From Balanoglossus misakiensis (lineage: Eukaryota; Animalia; Hemichordata), in contig CM082582.2 in assembly GCA_040954595.2 (NCBI GenBank), positions 6,370,303-6,434,302 on the forward strand: a stretch of DNA of 64,000 nucleotides, given 5' to 3'. This document shows positions 60,801 to 64,000 of this stretch, piece after piece. The position numbers and the translations under genes are program-made. The notes beneath the pieces were generated by a model. That model was not told where the DNA came from. It saw only the letters and a program-made list of their open reading frames with translations, and did no database searches. Position 1 is the stretch's first letter, and each line of letters begins with the position of its first letter.

Positions 60801-61974
60801 CTGCAAGTAATACAATAACAAACGCCGGGAAAAGATACATACTGATGTTTATTGTTTTATTTAAAGTCTTATTAGAATTGTTTACCGGTGTGCTCGCAAG
60901 TTCAACTGCAGATGATGACTTCATCCATAATCAGTGGGAAGAAGATGGCTTCTTTGAAGACCCGGATGAACTTGCACAGTTGGCTGAACACACGGTGAGT
61001 GTTCATGAAGCCAGTTGTCTGTTTGTGGTATCAAAACAGATCACTCACAAATCATGCTTCTGATACACATTTAGTATTCACAGTAATCCATGTTTGCAAT
61101 TCCTTTTTAAGGTTTGGCCAGATAAAGTGAAACACGAATTTGCTCAGATTATAGTCTCTTGTTTGACGACCAAACGAAAGAAAAGAGTACATGTGGACAT
61201 AGCATGTGGAAAATTGGAGGTAATGTACCATGATCTTCAGCAATATTCATTGTATACAACAAAACTGCGCATATCTACTCGACACTCATGTTTCTTTAGC
61301 TTTGAAATCAACTTTCGTCGACTTTAAAGAAACGGATGATATTGCAATGACTACACTAGATCAATAAATATACTTCTGAAATGTATTTTCTGATTAAAAA
61401 AACAATCATGTTGCAGGATCTATCAAAATCCCACAGAGTGTTACTTTTCAACACTGCAGATTGCAGGAAGTGTCGCATGTGTTTAACCAACATTGTCTGT
61501 AAGTAGCACAACGACCCACTCCATGAATTGCAGTCATACTTTTAGTAGAGTCAAACGCATTTTGTACTTGTATTGTTTAAACTTGAAGGCCCATGCTACT
61601 GGTAAACTAGTTTACATCTTCTTCACCTTAAAATCACTTCTGATTGTCTTAGATGCTCTAAGTCTTTGAGTACCTCCTCTCTTCATTCGGGTGAATATGC
61701 TAGAAGCATTGTAAATAGTTTCCAAATGAAGAGACAGTATCTTTCATATAACATCAATATATCCCACTGGCATGACGGGATATCATCCCTTGCTTGTCTA
61801 CAGGCTAATATCACCCTTGGGATGATTTCAATATTGTCTGCTCACTTCTTTTCAGCCGACGTTCCTCTTGAGTGTGGATGCACAGTTGCGTGTACGAAGT
61901 GTATTCAAAACTACAAGAGAAACCGACTGGCATGTCCACAGCACGGAAACACTCGACCAAGCGGTAGCCAATAA
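54879..61974 (+). CDS. Gene B: 2x death domain, RHIM-like motif, UBA-like, acidic linker, IRAK/Pelle-like kinase, variant RING finger; 15 exons, about 1008 aa
   Basis: Exons: 54879-54927, 55327-56020, 56200-56321, 56734-56895, 57111-57244, 57786-58665, 58794-58888, 59640-59707, 59977-60123, 60288-60418, 60597-60704, 60867-60994, 61112-61219, 61417-61498, 61856-61974. All GT-AG and phase-consistent (3027 nt). Kinase motifs EGAFGPVYK, VAIK, KHPNIL, IVYPYMAN, TWRKRL, HRDIKSANILLD, GDTGL, GTLGYSDP, DVFSYGKVLLELFTG. C-terminal C-x2-C-x11-CGC-x3-C-x2-C-x10-CPQH. Confidence 0.85.
58496..58560 (+). repeat. 24-bp coding tandem repeat, about 3 copies (G-x-LPSD-x-E)
   Basis: CTTCCAAGTGAT / CTGCCAAGTGAT / CTTCCAAGTGAT at a 24-nt period, just before the kinase domain. 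Confidence 0.8.
59150..59272 (+). repeat. Interspersed repeat family copy in gene B intron 7
   Basis: TGTTTTCATAAAATTCGCTACTTTATTTGTTCTCCATAG...GACAATTTTGCTCTCATTCAA...CGTGACCCC. Confidence 0.5.
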
Positions 61975-63753
61975 ACCATTGTGGATTGCCGGTTGTCTAA
62001 CAGTCTGATAATTCTGTTATACACTTGGCTTTGTGTATTAATTGATGCATGCTTTTTGCTTAGCCTCCCCAAACCAGGTTTAATACAAATACTGGAGCAG
62101 TCAAAACGTATATGAATGCAGATGTACGTGATCTTCACTTATGACAGCAGTTGTTGTTGCTTTGTCAAAATCTGTCAAAAAACGTATTTCATCGGATAGT
62201 TTTAAAACTAAACTGTGTGCTTGATTATTACAAATTAGTGGAAAAAAGAGTTACCATTTTATACAATCCGAGAAGGGTTTGTTATTTTCGTTATTCAGCG
62301 CGGAGTTTTACATCTGTTTTGTAATAGTGTTAAAAGAGTTGTTGTAGAGCTTTGGTAGACTGTTGGTATAAAAGGCGGTTGTGGAAAATAAGTTAGTCTG
62401 GAACAATGGGCACAAAACGAGGAATGGTGAAGGGTCATTTGTATTATTTGACAGTTAACATTCGGTTGCCATTCCTCAAAATGTCATCGCACAATTTGGC
62501 CTGCTTGTTACTCTACAGCCTGCTGATCATACAAGAAACACATTTATCATTGTATATGTACTCATGATTACAATGTACCCAGTTGCTGACTGAAAGGTAT
62601 TTTTCTTAAGTGATATGTAAATAAGATAACAAGTCCCTGTCAAAATCTCATTTAAATACAATGGCAAGTGTGAGCTCTTTAAAATTGAGATTTTGTATGC
62701 ATCATGATTAATACTAATAAAATACAACAATTCATCACACATATCAGCAATTTTCTTTGCATTTTAGTACGAAAAAAGCAAAGTATTTACGTGGTCATTA
62801 AATGGTTTTCCTGTATTTCGTGGGTATATGTAACATCATTACATGGAACTACTTTCTGCCTGTACACTGGACGTGGCTGAATATTATGATTGGCGAAAAG
62901 TGATCATTATTAAACATTTCGGTACGTTATTTCACTATCCGACCTACCCGTTATCAGGTGAATAATCAAAATGATCGTTTGCGTATAGAAATCTCCAAAT
63001 TTGCGACAATTGCTCGCGCTATTCAAAATGTTTCATATGTTACTAGTCTCGATGACCCAGTCCCTCTGCTGGAGATCACTACACTTCCGCCCTCTTCTAT
63101 TGCCGGAAGTGCAGCGACCCCAAGCAGAGGAGCTTAGTGTATTGTCTGTTCCCCTGCCCCATTCCCGCCACTGACTGCACTGCACATGCTGTAGCGCCAA
63201 CAGCTTGTGAAAGGGGGCATGGCATGGCACCAGACTACAACTTGTAAAATGTTTACATGTATATGCGATGCGATACCGCGATACGACCGGGCTACCTGAC
63301 CCTATGACCCTATGACCTTTACATAACAAAAGTAGTCCAATCAACGACCGTCTTCACTGCCGCATTACGGTGTTGAAAATCAAGACGCCACAGTCGAAAC
63401 TTCAATTTTCGCTATAATTGAGGGAACATATGCATAAAACAGACCTCCACGACCTATGTGCACATTCTCTACCGTAAAAAAATTATTTTCACACGTGATG
63501 TGGGTATTCTCTTTCACCCACTGTTATGAAGATTATTTGTAGGGCAATATTAGTATTTTGGAGAAATAAAGAACCCGGAAATGGACCCGGAAATTCATCA
63601 AAATACAGAGATGTAGGCCTAACGAGAAGAAGCTTACATTAAAAAGAAGAGTACCTCTAACCTTTGATGATTATTTCATTATTTTTGTTCAATTCAAAAA
63701 CTACTCACTAAAACATACCTAAATGCCAAGCGTTGAGCTTCTCAACAAAGTAT

Positions 63754-64000
63754 TGTTACGTAGGAGAAGTTTGCTTTTGTTTTGTGACCAGGTGTGTTTT
63801 CGCTTACTTTCGTAATTTGAATATTTACGTGACCAGGTGTGGTGCATTCATTATTTCCCCATATAAAAAGCCCGCACGTTGTGTTGCGGCGTAGCTACTA
63901 ATTTGGACTTGCCCGTGTGAGCTGTTCTATTCCTCGCCGGCTTGGAAGATGTGCCTTATTTCCTGATACCCTGGTCTGGAAACCGCGCCCAGAAGCTGTG
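63754..64000 (+). mobile_element. Possible 5' end of an LTR (or a TATA-box promoter), truncated by the window edge
   Basis: Starts TGTTACG, has two GTGACCAGGTGTG repeats (63784, 63829), TATAAAAAG at 63862, and GC content rises. No second terminus or PBS is visible. Confidence 0.35.

Overview
AT-rich, intron-containing animal genomic DNA. It is probably an invertebrate deuterostome, inferred from vertebrate-like genes and gene order, but the sequence alone does not prove this. Six protein-coding loci were reconstructed by hand from splice sites and reading phase: (1) the 3' end of a core-2/I-branching beta-1,6-GlcNAc transferase (GCNT-like, +); (2) a two-exon orphan coiled-coil protein with an N-myristoylation motif (+); (3) a 7-exon B4GALT5/6-type galactosyltransferase (-); (4) a 15-exon SLC9A8/NHE8 (+), head-to-head with (3) and containing a U12-type AT-AC intron; and a tandem pair of paralogous death-domain genes (+), (5) and (6). 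Gene A (about 996 aa) reads 4x death domain, RHIM-like motif, 2x UBA-like, poly-Asp tail. Gene B (about 1008 aa) reads 2x death domain, RHIM-like motif, UBA-like, IRAK/Pelle-type kinase, variant RING finger. This pair is the strongest candidate for an undescribed system: a single-chain death-domain/amyloid/kinase/ubiquitin-ligase signalling protein beside a catalytically empty adaptor or decoy paralog. Also present are TTAA-flanked and TA-flanked MITE-like repeats, microsatellites and a possible LTR start at the right edge. Domain calls come from motif recognition by eye, not database searches.
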